From positions 93,186,001 through 93,250,000 of the forward strand of contig NC_042998.1 of the NCBI RefSeq assembly GCF_006345805.1: a DNA stretch of 64,000 nt. The letters run 5' to 3'. The notes under the pieces were generated by a model that saw only the letters and a list, made by a program, of their open reading frames with translations, was not told the origin of the DNA and did no database searches. Both the position numbers and the translations under genes were made by a program. Of the stretch, positions 36,471-49,485 are shown piece by piece (the stretch's first letter is position 1; the number at the start of each line of letters is the position of its first letter). This DNA comes from Octopus sinensis. Lineage: Eukaryota.

Positions 36471-38892
36471 ATGGAATTTCTTCCAACTCCTTTCCTACAT
36501 ATTGAGCAGGGCCATTTACCTGACAGAAAGAGAGTTTTATCTTCTTTCTTACTAACAATAACTTTTGTCTTAGCTAGGTTATTACAGGAAAAATAATATC
36601 AACTACTGTATTGATATTATGCAATATCAGTTATTATATTGTATTTTGACAACACTTTCTCTTTTCTCTAAGGACATATATTCCACTTCTGCATTGCAGG
36701 TAGATGGGAAACTAGGAAATTTAGATTAAGGTAGTATACTTGATGGAGAATAAAGTATGCTGCAATGGAATGTTTAGCATTTATTATATAGATATTGTTA
36801 CTATCATATTTAATACTACTGGACTACTGAACACATATTCATTAATTTAAACCTCTTTACAACCATTATGTGGTGTCTCTGAGCAAAGTATATTATTTTG
36901 TTTACCTCGGTTAGCTTTCCAGGCTAACATCAGATATCTCACTTACTTATCAGTTTTGTAGATTCATGAAAAAAAAAAGTTAAGCCATTCTCAATGCACT
37001 TGTCCATGATGATTTTATAACTGAATTGAAGGTGATCCTAATATGAAAATACTGCCTTCAACAATGTACAATAATCAGATTTACAAAAGCCACACCATTA
37101 TTGTTTGCATATAGTGAAATGGGTATATAGCGTTAAAAATAAATGCATTACTGGCGAAATGAAAAGGATAATAGTATATAGAACTGGAGATAAATATTTA
37201 TTTTATCATCATCAGTGTCATCATCGTCGTAGTCATCACCATCATCATCATCATCATCATTGTTGTCATCGTCTTTGTTGTCGTTGCCCTTGTCGCTGTC
37301 TTTGTTGTTGTCATCGTTTCATCATCATCATCATCATCATCATTGTTATCATCATTTAATGTCTTCCATGCAGGTATGGCTTGGATGGTTTGACAGAATC
37401 TGGCAGGCCACAAGGGTGTATTGAGCACTGGTGTCTGCTTTGGCATGGTTTCTGTGACTGGACACTTTTCTCAACACCAGTCATTTTACAGTGTGCACCA
37501 AGTGGGTTGTTGTTTTTTTGTGTCACCAGCACCAGTGAGGTCACCAAGTAACTTGTAAGACAGGAAAAGAACAAAATAAGAAAAAAGAAAAGAAAGAAGA
37601 AAAAGCACCTTGGTTAAGTGGGAAGGGGGATATTTGAGAGGGTGGCTTTACACCTAGTGTTGGAAGGTTAAAGTATGACAGAGGGACAAGCGCAGGATTT
37701 TTGTTATGGAGAAGATACATGGTTATTCTGCATTATATAAGAGTGGATTGGGGTAGCTGAGAAGAAGATAAGATGATAGTGATAGGGTGTCAGAGTAAAC
37801 CTTCAAGGAGCAAAGGGGTGAGCATAAGAAAGGATACAGACAATGGGTCAGAAGGAGGAAACTAGGAGATGGTTAGAAATGGGGGCAGAAGTGAATATAG
37901 TGAGTGATGAACAGAAGTGGAGTAGGGTGAGAAAGGTAGAAGTGGCTTAGGGTACAAATTCCTCAACAGAAATTAATGGTAAATATTTGCTGAGGCTAAA
38001 TATTTAGTAAAGTCAGTCAGATTAATTCAAATATTTTCCGATTGATTTCAAAATGCGTCATCTCCAAATATTACTTCAGTTTGACAATTTGTATTTGTCA
38101 GATTAAGAATTATAAGAATGGGTTATATAAATATCATTTATTGCAGTTTGTCTCTTTAATATTTATTTCTAAAATGAAAAATATTTTTGCTTTTTCTCTA
38201 AAATATTTTTGCTATTTTTCTAAAATATTTACTTTCTTTTTTTTCCATTAATTAAATTTTCTCATCTCAGTATCTTACATTTTGAAAGGTTAGTTCTTTC
38301 TTTTATTCTTTATTTCTGTATTACTTTATTTTTTTTAATTTTACCAAAAATATTTTGAGAAAGAAGTAAGTTCCTTTATCTAATGGACATGTCTGCAATA
38401 TAATTGCAAGTTATTATTTATAAATGCAAATTAACATCGTTCTACATCAGACATCACTTTGAACTTTCTTTCTACTTATAAGTGTATTTTGCGTCTGTCA
38501 GAACTACCAAAAAAACTATCTGGAATTTATGTGCTCAATATCAATAATTTTACTTAAATTCAAAGTGAACTCTTGATAAAATGGAAACTAAATAATTTTA
38601 CCTTTAGTCATGTGTGAAGCAAGGCAATAAACTATCCTACTAAATCACCACCTCTTTGACTTGTTGAAGGTCACTATTTATGTTTATTGGAAAGAAAATA
38701 TTAAACTTTCCATCAAACTATCAAACCCATAGAAACACAGACATAAATTTGAATTCAATTCTTTAATTCTTTATTTTCTTTTTTTTTTAATCACTTGCCA
38801 TACCTCCTGCCACCTTTTCTCATCGCATATCACTTTCTGTTGTGGTAAAATAAAGTTACAGAAATCTTTTTGTTTTTTTAATATATCAACAT

Positions 38893-39110
38893 GGTAAGGC
38901 AGTGAACTGGCAGAATCATTAGCGCATTGGGTAAAATGCTTAGCAGCACTTTGCCCTTATGTTCTGAGTTTAAATTCCACCAAGGTTGACTTCGCCTTTC
39001 ATCCTTTAATGATCAATAAACAAGCACCAGCTGATCACTAGAGTTGATGTAATTGACTTACTCCCTCCCTCAAAATTGCTGGCCTTGGGCCAAAATCTGA
39101 AACGTTTCAA
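38893..39110 (+). mobile_element. SINE family B
   Basis: ggcagtgaactggcagaatcattagc...ctgagtttaaattcc...gttgacttcgcctttcatcctt...aaaattgctggccttgggccaaaatctgaaac. Confidence 0.75.
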
Positions 39111-39595
39111 TATGGTACAAGCAGTTAAGTTATAAATTTCACCATCTTTCATATTCCTTTCATTAAGTAGTCAATGAGAGATTCACTATGTCATTGCTCA
39201 ACTTGTTAGAAATAGCAGCCAAGCTTTCCACTATTATCAATCTTTAAAGAAAAGAAAGCAAATTGGACACAATGCATAATGCTATCTTAGATATATTGTG
39301 TTGTCTGAATATAATATGGAATGCTTACAGTTGAAACATCTTTGACCTTAGGTCAACTAATTCTGGGGTGACTTGGTGCTAAACAATAGCAGCAACTATC
39401 ACTTAATTATTCCTTTATAATTTTAACTGAGACCATCTTTTGTTGTTTATCAACTAAGCTGAGGCATAGCTGTCTGGTAAGAAGTTTGTTTCCCAGTCAC
39501 ATCGTTCTGGGTTCAGTCCCACTGTGCAACACCTTGGGCAAGTGTCTTCTACTAATGCCCCAAATCAATGTGTGCATATATATATATATATATAC

Positions 39596-39935
39596 ATGCA
39601 TGTATAGGTACAGGACACCAAAAAAACGTCGAACACAATGAGAAACGAAAACATAAAAACAGAACCATGGAAACGGACATTTTTTTTAAACAACGAAAAA
39701 ACAGAGTACAAGACATACAACACAACGAAAATTCCCCTTCTTCAGCCACCTCCATTTTGTCTACTCCACGTTTCGAAGGTAAAGGTGAGACACAACTTCG
39801 GTGAAATGGTCCTTCCCGCAAATCAAATTTGGTGTCCTGTACCTATATATGCATGTATATATACATATAGATGTAGGTACGTACATATATGTATGTATAT
39901 ATGCATATGTTTTATTTATTATTTTGTTATTATAT
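39596..39935 (-). repeat. Repeat P1 copy with inverted duplication of its terminus
   Basis: gcatgtataggtacaggacaccaaa (~39598-39622) versus tttggtgtcctgtacctatatatgcatg (~39828-39855); the body is the reverse complement of 1930-2110. Confidence 0.7.
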
Positions 39936-39984
39936 GACGAAACGCCATGCATCCTCTTCCAAGTAAGTTTTATATATATATAAA

Positions 39985-40184
39985 TGTGACCGCGTGTGTA
40001 CCATTGGCGATTTTTTTCCTCTGATTTCCCTTCTCTGGATCTTTCCTTCTCCTATGTTTCCGACGAAGAGCTCTGCGCGAAACGTTAAACCCTCCTTCTT
40101 TCCTTCTTTCCTGAGCGTCCAATAATACTATATTTGTTCCACATCCTCGCGTTGTTGTGTTTTTTTGTGCTTTCTTGTTTGGAT

Positions 40185-40190
<6 letters not shown>
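39985..40190 (+). mobile_element. Penelope-like terminal fragment (family H2), second copy
   Basis: Homologous to 32985-33200; ends into (TA)n. Confidence 0.65.
40056..40090 (+). ncRNA. Minimal type I hammerhead-like motif (U4C variant)
   Basis: GUUU-CCGACGA-A-GAGC(UCU)GCGC-GAAAC-GUU/AAAC; 4-bp stem I GUUU:AAAC. Confidence 0.5.
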
Positions 40191-40224
<34 letters not shown>

Positions 40225-40265
40225 CACACACATATATATATATATGCATACATATATGCATACAA

Positions 40266-40945
40266 GAATGTCAAAAAGGCCGAGGATGTCTTGGCATCAC
40301 TCAGCAAGACTTTTGTAAGCAACTCTCCAGCTATCTATTTAAAGCTGTATATGGCTATGGTGTGGCCACACTTGGAATTTGCATCATCAGTCTGGAACCC
40401 CTATCTTGCTCAGGACATTGACCTCCCGGAAACTGTTCAGAGACGTGCAACCAAGTAAATACCCTCCATTAGTCATCTACCTTATTCTGAACGTCTTGCT
40501 TCATTGGGCATAGATACATTGAAGCTCCGATGTCTGGCAACTGACTTAGTAAACACCCACAAAATTATTAACCAGCAGGCTAACAACCACCTTGAACACC
40601 TTTTTGAGCTCCATGTATCTAACACACGTGGGCATGCCTACAAAGTTAGAAAACAGCACAGCTCCCATGTCTTTCAGAAGCACCTTTTCACACTCAGAGT
40701 TGCTGAGGCATGAAACAAACTGCTTACAACATTTGTTAGTTGTTGCCAAGACATTGCATGCTTTAGAACCTCCATGATTTCTGAAATTCGCCAACACTAC
40801 ACCTGATATCCCCACCTCCATATACATGTACACATGTATATCATGGCTCATACACTGTTCACTTTCCTGATTTTTGTATATAATTCTATGTACTGTACAT
40901 GCACCTTTGATGAGTTGTCGTTCACCTGAGCACTATACACAGTAA
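40266..40945 (+). pseudogene. CR1-type LINE 3' remnant
   Basis: KLYMAMVWPHLEFASSVWNPYLAQDIDLPETVQRRATK...HLPYSERL...TRGHAYK...HLFTLRVAEA*NKL. Confidence 0.8.
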
Positions 40946-41954
40946 TTTCAATTTTACTATTATTGCACACACACACACACACACACACACAAACATATTT
41001 GTAATTTTGGGACTAATGGGTATATGTAAATTTAACATAAGGACAACTGTAGCAATGCCTCATTCCCTAATGAAGCGGGCAAATTACATGACTGCCTGAA
41101 CTCAAGATTTTTAGTGAGAAACCACTTTATGAATGAATGTACCTGATGTGACCCAGACTGAAAAATTGTTGCAACACAATATGATGCACAGCATCCCATC
41201 CATAAGGGACAGTTGCATGCTCGCATTTTCCATGTAATCTATGATTTTTCCAGGCATTTCTGTAATAAGATAATTAATAATATGTCAGTTAATAATTTAA
41301 GATTTTAACTTAAAAAATACTGAAAGAAAGTATTTCAATTTTTCCATGTAAGTGATGATAATATTTCAATTTTTTTCATGTTTAATTTAGATATATGTCG
41401 TGATTGAATTATTTGATATTACCCATCCACACCAAATTAATGGCAGGGAATTTTACCATCTTGTTGGTTGCACCATGGCTCACCAAAAGTTACAAACAAT
41501 AAGACCCAAAAACCATCAGCTACCAGACTCACCTTAAGTAACCTAGATTTTGGGTTGGGGATAATAGCACTGACTGCTACTAATCTAGATCTATCAATAA
41601 TTATTCAATACAATAGCAATTATAAAAGCATATCAGATATACACAAGTTAAAATTAACTACATCTCATTAATATAAATTTGATTTATGAAAAATCCCTTT
41701 TAATTAATTTTGAAATTAAGTGCCTTTTCTGAACAGCCTTACTATATGCCTTCAGGTCTGCCCATAGAGACACAACCAAAAATGACTATATTCCTACCTC
41801 AATAAATTTTGATGCACATATCTGAAGCATATAACACATTAATGAACTAGCCTGATTAAATAATTAACTAAAAAGAAAAGGAAAGCAACTAAAAAGGAAA
41901 AGCAAAAAGAGCAGAAAGCAAGATAATTAAAGCTGAAAGAGAAAATTAATATTT

Positions 41955-42157
41955 CGTTTTGGATTTGACTTGCAAGATTCTTTATGTGAGTCTGTGTGTT
42001 GAAACATATTCTGTTGTGTCTGGAGAGAGTCATTTTTGAAAAGGTTGCAAGACACAATGAAAATTTTAGGAAAATAAAAATAAGTGGAAATTTTACTGGT
42101 GAGTGTGTTAAGTTATAAGGCACAAAAAGAAAATGACTCTCCCCAGACACAACAGAA
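41955..42157. repeat. Repeat G copy with inverted 3' part
   Basis: ttctgttgtgtctggagagagtcatttt (~42009-42036) is inverted at aaaatgactctccccagacacaacagaa (~42129-42157). Confidence 0.7.
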
Positions 42158-42975
42158 AATTAATAATAAAAGTTAAACTTACCCTAATTCAACAGTATAT
42201 TAAAAATAACTTTATTAAATACTTAATCAAAAAATAAAATATACAAAAGGTAAAGTCGACCTTGGTGGAATTTGAACTCAGAATGAAAACATAGACAAAA
42301 TACCTCTAAGCATTTTGCCTAGCATCCTAACATTTCTGCCAATTCGTTGCATAAAAGAATGTGAACATTCATTTTATAAATATATTCTTATCTTAACATT
42401 ATAGCTTGGGGCGTTACTTCTTACTTCCTCACTTACTGACAATAAATTTCATTACATTTCACCTCATAACTTTTTTCTACTAATTTTTGTTCAATGCAAC
42501 TAACGATTCTGAATTCCTCATGCATTTTTCTATTATTTAAACCTCAAAAAGTATACTTTTATTTTAAAATAAAAAACTTATGTTAATTGAAGGTGAATAG
42601 GTGCTTTACTGCCCCCCACCCACACTGAGGTCACAGATACTTTGATGTAACTTTTTTCAAATCTCAAACTATTTATGCCAAAGTATAGCTGAGGAGATGT
42701 CCCCTTTAAAACTGTTAACAGTTTGCAATTTAGTTCAGAACTGAATTGGTGGTGAAGCTTGGAAGCTGCTGTCATTGATAAAATGATGGACTTAAGAATA
42801 TATTCAACCACTACCAAGGTTGAATGATATAATGTAACAAGATTCAGTTGAATAAGGTACTTAAAGGTGATGTACCTAGTTAGATCAATTGTTACTTATA
42901 TATATATATGTATGTATATATATGTGTGTGTGTGCATGTATATATATATTACAAATAATATATATATATATATAT

Positions 42976-43435
42976 GCATGGGTACAGAACGTCACAAACA
43001 GCAAACAACATGAAACGTGAAAACAAATGAGTTGAATGCGCAATGCAAACAATGAGAGAAATAAATGGAAGACAGGACAAGTAACATAAAGAACGACCCT
43101 TCCTCAGTTGTCAGCTGGCTATCCACTCCTCATTTTGAGCACTGAATGACAATATGAATCTTCGAAGGCAGTTGCTCCCACAAATACCTAAATTAAATTT
43201 GGGATTTATGGAGGGTCAAAGTTGGGAACAAAAACAGGACACTGGAGACATACAAGGAAACCAAACAAAAGCAAACATGGAGGGTCGTTAAACCAGAATG
43301 AGGGTAAAATAGTAAACAGAAAAATATTTTCTTTGACAAGAGAAAAGTTAGTTGAGAGATACATCGAGCGTGTTCAACTCATTTGTTTTCGTGTTTCATG
43401 TTGTTTGCTGTTTGTGATGTCCTGTACCCATATAT
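42976..43435 (-). repeat. Repeat P2 with ~65-bp inverted terminal duplication, flanked by (TA)n
   Basis: gcatgggtacagaacgtcacaaacagcaaacaacatgaaacgtgaaaacaaatgagttgaa is the inverse of ttcaactcatttgttttcgtgtttcatgttgtttgctgtttgtgatgtcctgtaccca. Confidence 0.75.
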
Positions 43436-43558
43436 GCATATATATATATATATATATACACATATATATGTATACATATATATATAATTATTTAATTGAA
43501 TGCCATGCATCCATTTCCAAGTAAGGTTATCTTAACCTTTTTGATGTACGTATATATG

Positions 43559-43590
<32 letters not shown>

Positions 43591-43605
43591 GTATGTATGT
43601 ATATA

Positions 43606-43658
<53 letters not shown>

Positions 43659-43667
43659 ATATATATA

Positions 43668-43725
<58 letters not shown>

Positions 43726-43823
43726 GTATATGTACATGTACATACATACATACATACATACTACATACATACATACATACATACATACATACATACATAC
43801 ATACATACATACATACATACATA

Positions 43824-44813
43824 AAGGGTGCAGTGAATAAGCAGTCATCTAAATTATGCAAAAATGAAAATAACACTGACATCTCATTTTAATAGATATA
43901 TTTACCAAAATTACATTAGAATATCTTGAAATACTAAAGAGTAAATTTACATTATTTACAATTGATGGATATTTGTCCTCGTCTTGTTTGTTGTTAACAC
44001 AAATATCCTTCGATTGTAAATAATGTAATTAATGTACATAATTCCTCATCTCTTAAATATAGAACTGTAAAGAGTAAATTTTTTCAATAAAATTGCCACA
44101 TGACTTCGGAATCTCTTGCAATTTTTCTGGACAGTCTCATTGTTTAAGTTGGTGAATGCTGCCATAACCCTTGCCTTCAGTTCACCATTGGTGTTACAAG
44201 GAGTTTTGTTGATCTCTTGCTCAACTCTCCCCACACATAATAATCAAGTGGGTTGCTGTCTGGGGAGTTAGTTGGCCATATGTTAGGGGTGATCTAGTCA
44301 CAGAAATTGTCTGACAGCCATGACTGGGTTCTCTTGCTTGTGTTGCATGGTGCAGAGTCCTGTTGCCAGACATAGGGTCTTCCAGCAGCCACCCTCTTGA
44401 CCCAGGACAGCACTACCCACTTCAGGCACTTGATGTATGCCTCTGTATTGAGTCTGTGTAGGTAGATGAATAGAGACATAATGTTGCCATCACTAGTGAT
44501 CTCTCCAAATACCATGATGTTGACTGGATGTTTGATTTTTATCAATCTTGGTACATGTCCTCTGATTGCACCATCCTCAGATTGACACCCAAACATTCTA
44601 AAATGTCCGTATTGGAGCTTCTGATGAAAAAGCCAATCAGTACAGCATGTCGTTTCCAAATTTGTGGCAGAGTGAATTGCATCATGGTGCTGTTTTCTCA
44701 CAGACAGTGTCCAACTGACCCTACTATACTGTGTAGTTGAGAAAGTCAGACAGACAATGCGCATGTGTGAAATTAAAAATATAAAATGGCAACAATTTAC
44801 CCATTGCACCCTG
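43824..44813 (-). mobile_element. Internally deleted Tc1/mariner-superfamily transposon, DD37D (maT) type
   Basis: KHPVNIMVFG...YVWQQDSAPC...WPTNSPDSNPLDYYVWG with 37 residues between the last two catalytic Asp; imperfect TIRs TA|AAGGGTGCAGTGAATAA and TTACCCATTGCACCCTG|TA. Confidence 0.82.
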
Positions 44814-44899
44814 TATATACATACATACATACATACATACACACACATACACACATGCACACACATAGAAATACACAAATATATATGTGAATAATCGTG

Positions 44900-45115
44900 T
44901 GACTTTGTGTTTGTGTTTATTCTCCATCACTGCTTGACAACTGGTGTTGGTTTGTGTATGTTCATGTAACTTAATTTGGTAAAAGTAACTGGTAGAATAA
45001 GTAGAGGTTTTCAAAAAATAATAAGTCCTGGGGTCATTTTGTCCAGCTAAGCCCTTGAAAGTGGTGCTCCAACATGGCCACAGTCCAATGACTAAAACAA
45101 GTAAAAGATAAAAGA
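44900..45115 (+). mobile_element. SINE family A, 3' half
   Basis: cactgcttgacaactggtgttgg...ggtgctccaacatggccacagtccaatgactaaaacaagtaaaagataaaag. Confidence 0.75.
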
Positions 45116-46312
45116 GAGACGATAGTTTATGCAATATTTAACATCCAAAGACATTTCTTAAAGATAGTTAGTGAAGGAATTTCGACAACTACAGTGGCAA
45201 TGTTTAAAGTGGATCACAAGACAGCAGATACCTGGACTGCCACATTTCCAAATACTACATGTCAGTCTGTACATCATGTTTGTTCAAGGCAGAAATAAAC
45301 TATAGAATATCCAGTGTGCAGACTGTCGGATGGTCTATAATATTTGACTGGTTATATTCATCCATTAAATTTGTTCATGCAAAGCTGAATCTGGCTTCTC
45401 ATTAACCACTTCATTTTTTTTAAGAAGCAGCATCTTTTGAAGCATAATAATGTGAGACAATCATAAAGCATCCATTACAGCATTATGAATTCTTCACTAC
45501 TAATTGTAACACAGCCAAATACTTGCTATGAGGGGAAAATAAAATAAAATATAAAAATGAAAACAAAAAGCGGAAGAAAGAAAAATTCACTTTGGAAATT
45601 AGCAATAAACAAAAGGAAAACTGGAGAAAAATTGTTGGCAGAGATAAAAAAAAATTGAGACAGCTGAAATGAAATATCTTGTAATATTTAGCAATATCTT
45701 TTTAGATTCTGGTTTTTAAAACCTGTCAATTTGACTTGATGTTTTCAACATTTAGAAAACAACATAACTACCAGTAATATACTGAACAAACTCCATTGAC
45801 TTTGTTTGGCTCCCCGTAAATCTGTGGCTGTCTGCTGGATTTAGAAAATGTTATAAATAGACAGAGCAGGAAAGTGACTTTTGATACATTTGAAGACAAC
45901 AGTTTATTAAGTACACATTAAATTCATGCTGTGAATGTCCCTTTAAGATGATTAGTGGTATTTTCTAGAACCAATATTTTGTATGAATCTTTTAGTGAAT
46001 AAACTGTATGCTCTTTTAGTGAATATATTGAATATCATGTTACTGAAATAGGTGCAGGTGTGGCACTTGCTTCCCAACCATGTGGTTCTGGGTTCTGTGC
46101 AACTGCATGACATCTTGGGCAAGTATCTTTTGCTATAGCCCTGGCTTGACCAAATACTTGTGAGTGGATTTCGTTGGTAGAAACTGAGAAAAGCACATTC
46201 TGTATATGTATAACTGTGTCTATATGTGAGTGTGAGCGTATGCTTGTGTCTCCTTGTCTTGACATCTTGTGATAATTGTAAAACGATTGTCACTGTTATA
46301 CAAGCAATGCTA

Positions 46313-46635
46313 GTGAAGGCGCATGGCTCAGTGGTTAGAGCTTATGAATGTGAGATTGTGAGTTTGATTTCCGAACCAAGCTGCATGTTGTGTTCCTGAG
46401 CAAGACACTTTATTTCACATTGCTCCAGTTCACTCATCTGCAGAAATGAGTTGCGACGTCACTGGTACCAAGCTGTATTGGTCTTTGCCTTTCCCTTGGA
46501 TAACATCGGTGGCATGGAGAGGTGAGACTGGCATTTTTTGTGACTACTGGTCTTCCATAAAACAACTTTGCTCAGACTTGTACCTTGGAGGATAGCTTTC
46601 TAGGTGCAATCCCACAAGTAATGCTATTCATTTCC
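46313..46635 (+). mobile_element. SINE family D
   Basis: gtgaaggcgcatggctcagtggttagagc...gagtttgatttcc...ctgagcaagacactttatttcacattgctccag. Confidence 0.8.
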
Positions 46636-47258
46636 AATATTCAGAGGGAAATGTTACCTAGCTTCAAAACAGATAAGGGTTAGTGACAGGAAGGGCATCC
46701 AGCTGTAGAGAACCTGCCTAAATAAATTCTGTCTGACCCATGCAAACATGGGAAAGTAGACATTAAAATGCTGCTTTTGATGACTATATTGAATATTGTG
46801 TTACACACATAGGTACAGGTATGGCTTGCTTGCCAATCAAGTGATCTTGGGTTCAGTCCTACAGCATGGCACATTGAGCAAGTGTCTTTTAGTACAGCCC
46901 TGGACCAACCAAAGCCTTATGCATGGATTTGGAAGATGGAGAAAAGAAGCTTGTTGTATGCATGTGTGTGTGTTTGTATGCACTGTGTGCATGTGTGTGC
47001 ATCTGTGTTAGTGTGTGTGTACACACATGTGCATGTGTGCATGCTAGTATGTGTGTGTGTGTGTGTGTCTGTGTGTATGTGCATGTACATGTGTGTGTGT
47101 TAGTGAGTGTTAGTGAGTGTGTGTGTGTATGTGTATGTGTGCACATGTGCATGAGTGCATGTTAGCATGTGCATGTTAATGTGTGTGTGCATATGTGTGT
47201 TAGTGTGTGTGTGTGTTTGCCTATGTGTGTTTGCCTATGTGTGTGTGCATATGTGTGT

Positions 47259-47304
<46 letters not shown>

Positions 47305-48827
47305 CCTTGTCTTGACATCATGTGATGGTTGTAAATGAGTATCACTGTCATACAAGTGATGTTTGTTTCCAGTCTTGCATGAAGAATATGTCTATATGGG
47401 GAAATATTATCTTGCTTGGAAACAAGTGAGGGTTGGTGACAGGAAGGGCATCCAGCCATAGAATATCTTCCTCAACAAATTCTGCTTGACCCCTGCAAGC
47501 ATAGAAAAGTGCTCATTAAATGATGACAATGACAAGTGGATCATATTGCTTTAGATTCCAAACAAGTCATATGAAATCATTATAATGATCATGTGGAGAC
47601 TATCCAGAAACTTTATAGCAATATTTCTTCTAATGGAGAACCTATTAATTGGGGTGGGGTGGAGAGAGAGGGTGGGAGAGAAGACAGAGAGAGAGAGAGA
47701 GAGAGAGAGGAATTTCCAAACTGGTCTTTAAAAGGTTGCCAAACATAGAAATACATTTGATTTTCAAAGATCCATCAACTATATATAAGATCTTCCAATT
47801 CATACAAAAAGATCTTAACAATAGAAACATTTAGCAAATTTTTGTCTTTTCTCTTTTATTTATTTATTTTTTTGTATTCTATTTGTTTTTTTATTTCTTC
47901 TTGTATATAAGGGGTATTTAGATACCATTTTTGTTTTTTGAGTCTGTCATTGGTTTCTGCCTTCCTACAGACATTTCAATTGATTAAATAAATATATTGT
48001 TTTCAAACATGGTGGTTGAATAGGCAACACTGACAAAAGGATACAAGTGGATTGAAGTCTGCATCAACAAATCTCAATTTACTAAAAAATCAAACACTGA
48101 AATTCCCTGGTTAAGAAATAACTAATGTTTCTGGCAATGTTCTTTAATACAGAAAAACTAATTCAAGCTTGAGATCACAGATTGTCACTGCTGGTATTTT
48201 TACTGTTTAACCCTAGATTACTGTTCATCCAAAAGACCTCAGACCACAGGCATTCCAGCAATAACCATTCTGTTTATATTCTTTTCTTTTGGACATGATG
48301 TCTCTAGAGACACATTTACCTGATGTCTCATTCATTTTTTAAAGACAATAGGATGTGATTAGAGGGAGATTTGGATACTACTTTTAATATATCAAATAAA
48401 TGAATAAAAGTTTTTTGGTTCACCTTATGACACAATTCTCAAGCTGGGTATTTTATCCTATGCTCTTGGAGTGGTTAGCATTTGGAAGGACATCCAACTG
48501 GGTATTTTATCCTACATTCTTGGAGTTACTGGTGTTAGGAAGGGCATCCAACTATAGAAACATTGCCAGATCAGATTGGAGCCTGGTGTAGCCCATTGGC
48601 TTGCCACACCTCAGTCAAACTGTCCAACCCATGCCAGCATGGAAAACTGACATTAAACGATGATGATGATGATCTTCCATGAAGTATTTATAAGAGTACT
48701 GTTAGCCAATTATACAAAATTGGTTCTTCTACCACTCTATGTGTTCAGGTTGCTATATATAATGAAGGGCTTATAGTAGTCCTTCATTCAACTTTCCATG
48801 GCATCACATTTTGGTATTAGTTACTAT

Positions 48828-49015
48828 TAGGCAGTGAGCTGGCAGAATTGTTAACATGCTGGGCAAAATGCTTAGCAGCATTTCTTCTGTCTTTGTGCTC
48901 TGAGTTCAAATTCTACCGAGATGAGCTTTGCCTTTCATTCCTTCAGGGTTGATGTCATTGACTTAACCCCCTCCTCCAAAATTGATGGCATTGTGCAAAA
49001 ATTTGAAACTGATAT
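48828..49015 (+). mobile_element. SINE family B (internal deletion)
   Basis: ggcagtgagctggcagaattgttaac...ctgagttcaaattc...ctttgcctttcattccttcagg. Confidence 0.75.
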
Positions 49016-49024
49016 TAGTTATTA

Positions 49025-49208
49025 CTCTTTTACTTGTTTCAGTCATTTGACTGCGGCCATGCTAGAGCACCGCCTTTTAGTCGAGCAAATCGTCCCCAGG
49101 ACTTATTCTTTGGAAGCCTAATACTTATTCTATCGGTCTCTTTTGCTGAACCGCTAAGTTATGGGGATGTAAACACAGACATACAAACATATGCACACAC
49201 ATACATAT

Positions 49209-49269
<61 letters not shown>

Positions 49270-49485
49270 ATATATATATATATATTTTATATATATATAT
49301 ATTTTATATATATATACATATATACGACAGGCATCTTTCAGTTTCCATCTACTAAATCCACTCATAAGGCTTTGGTTAGCCCGAGGCTATAGTAGAAGAT
49401 ACTTGCCCAAAGTGCCACACAGTGGGAATGAACCCGGAACCATGTGGTTGGTAAGTAGGCTACTTACCACACAGCCACTCCTGTG
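49025..49485 (-). mobile_element. SINE family A, full length, well preserved
   Basis: Minus strand gagtggctgtgtggtaagtagcc...ccgggttcattccc...ggcggtgctctagcatggccgcagtcaaatgactgaaacaagtaaaaga. Confidence 0.85.
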
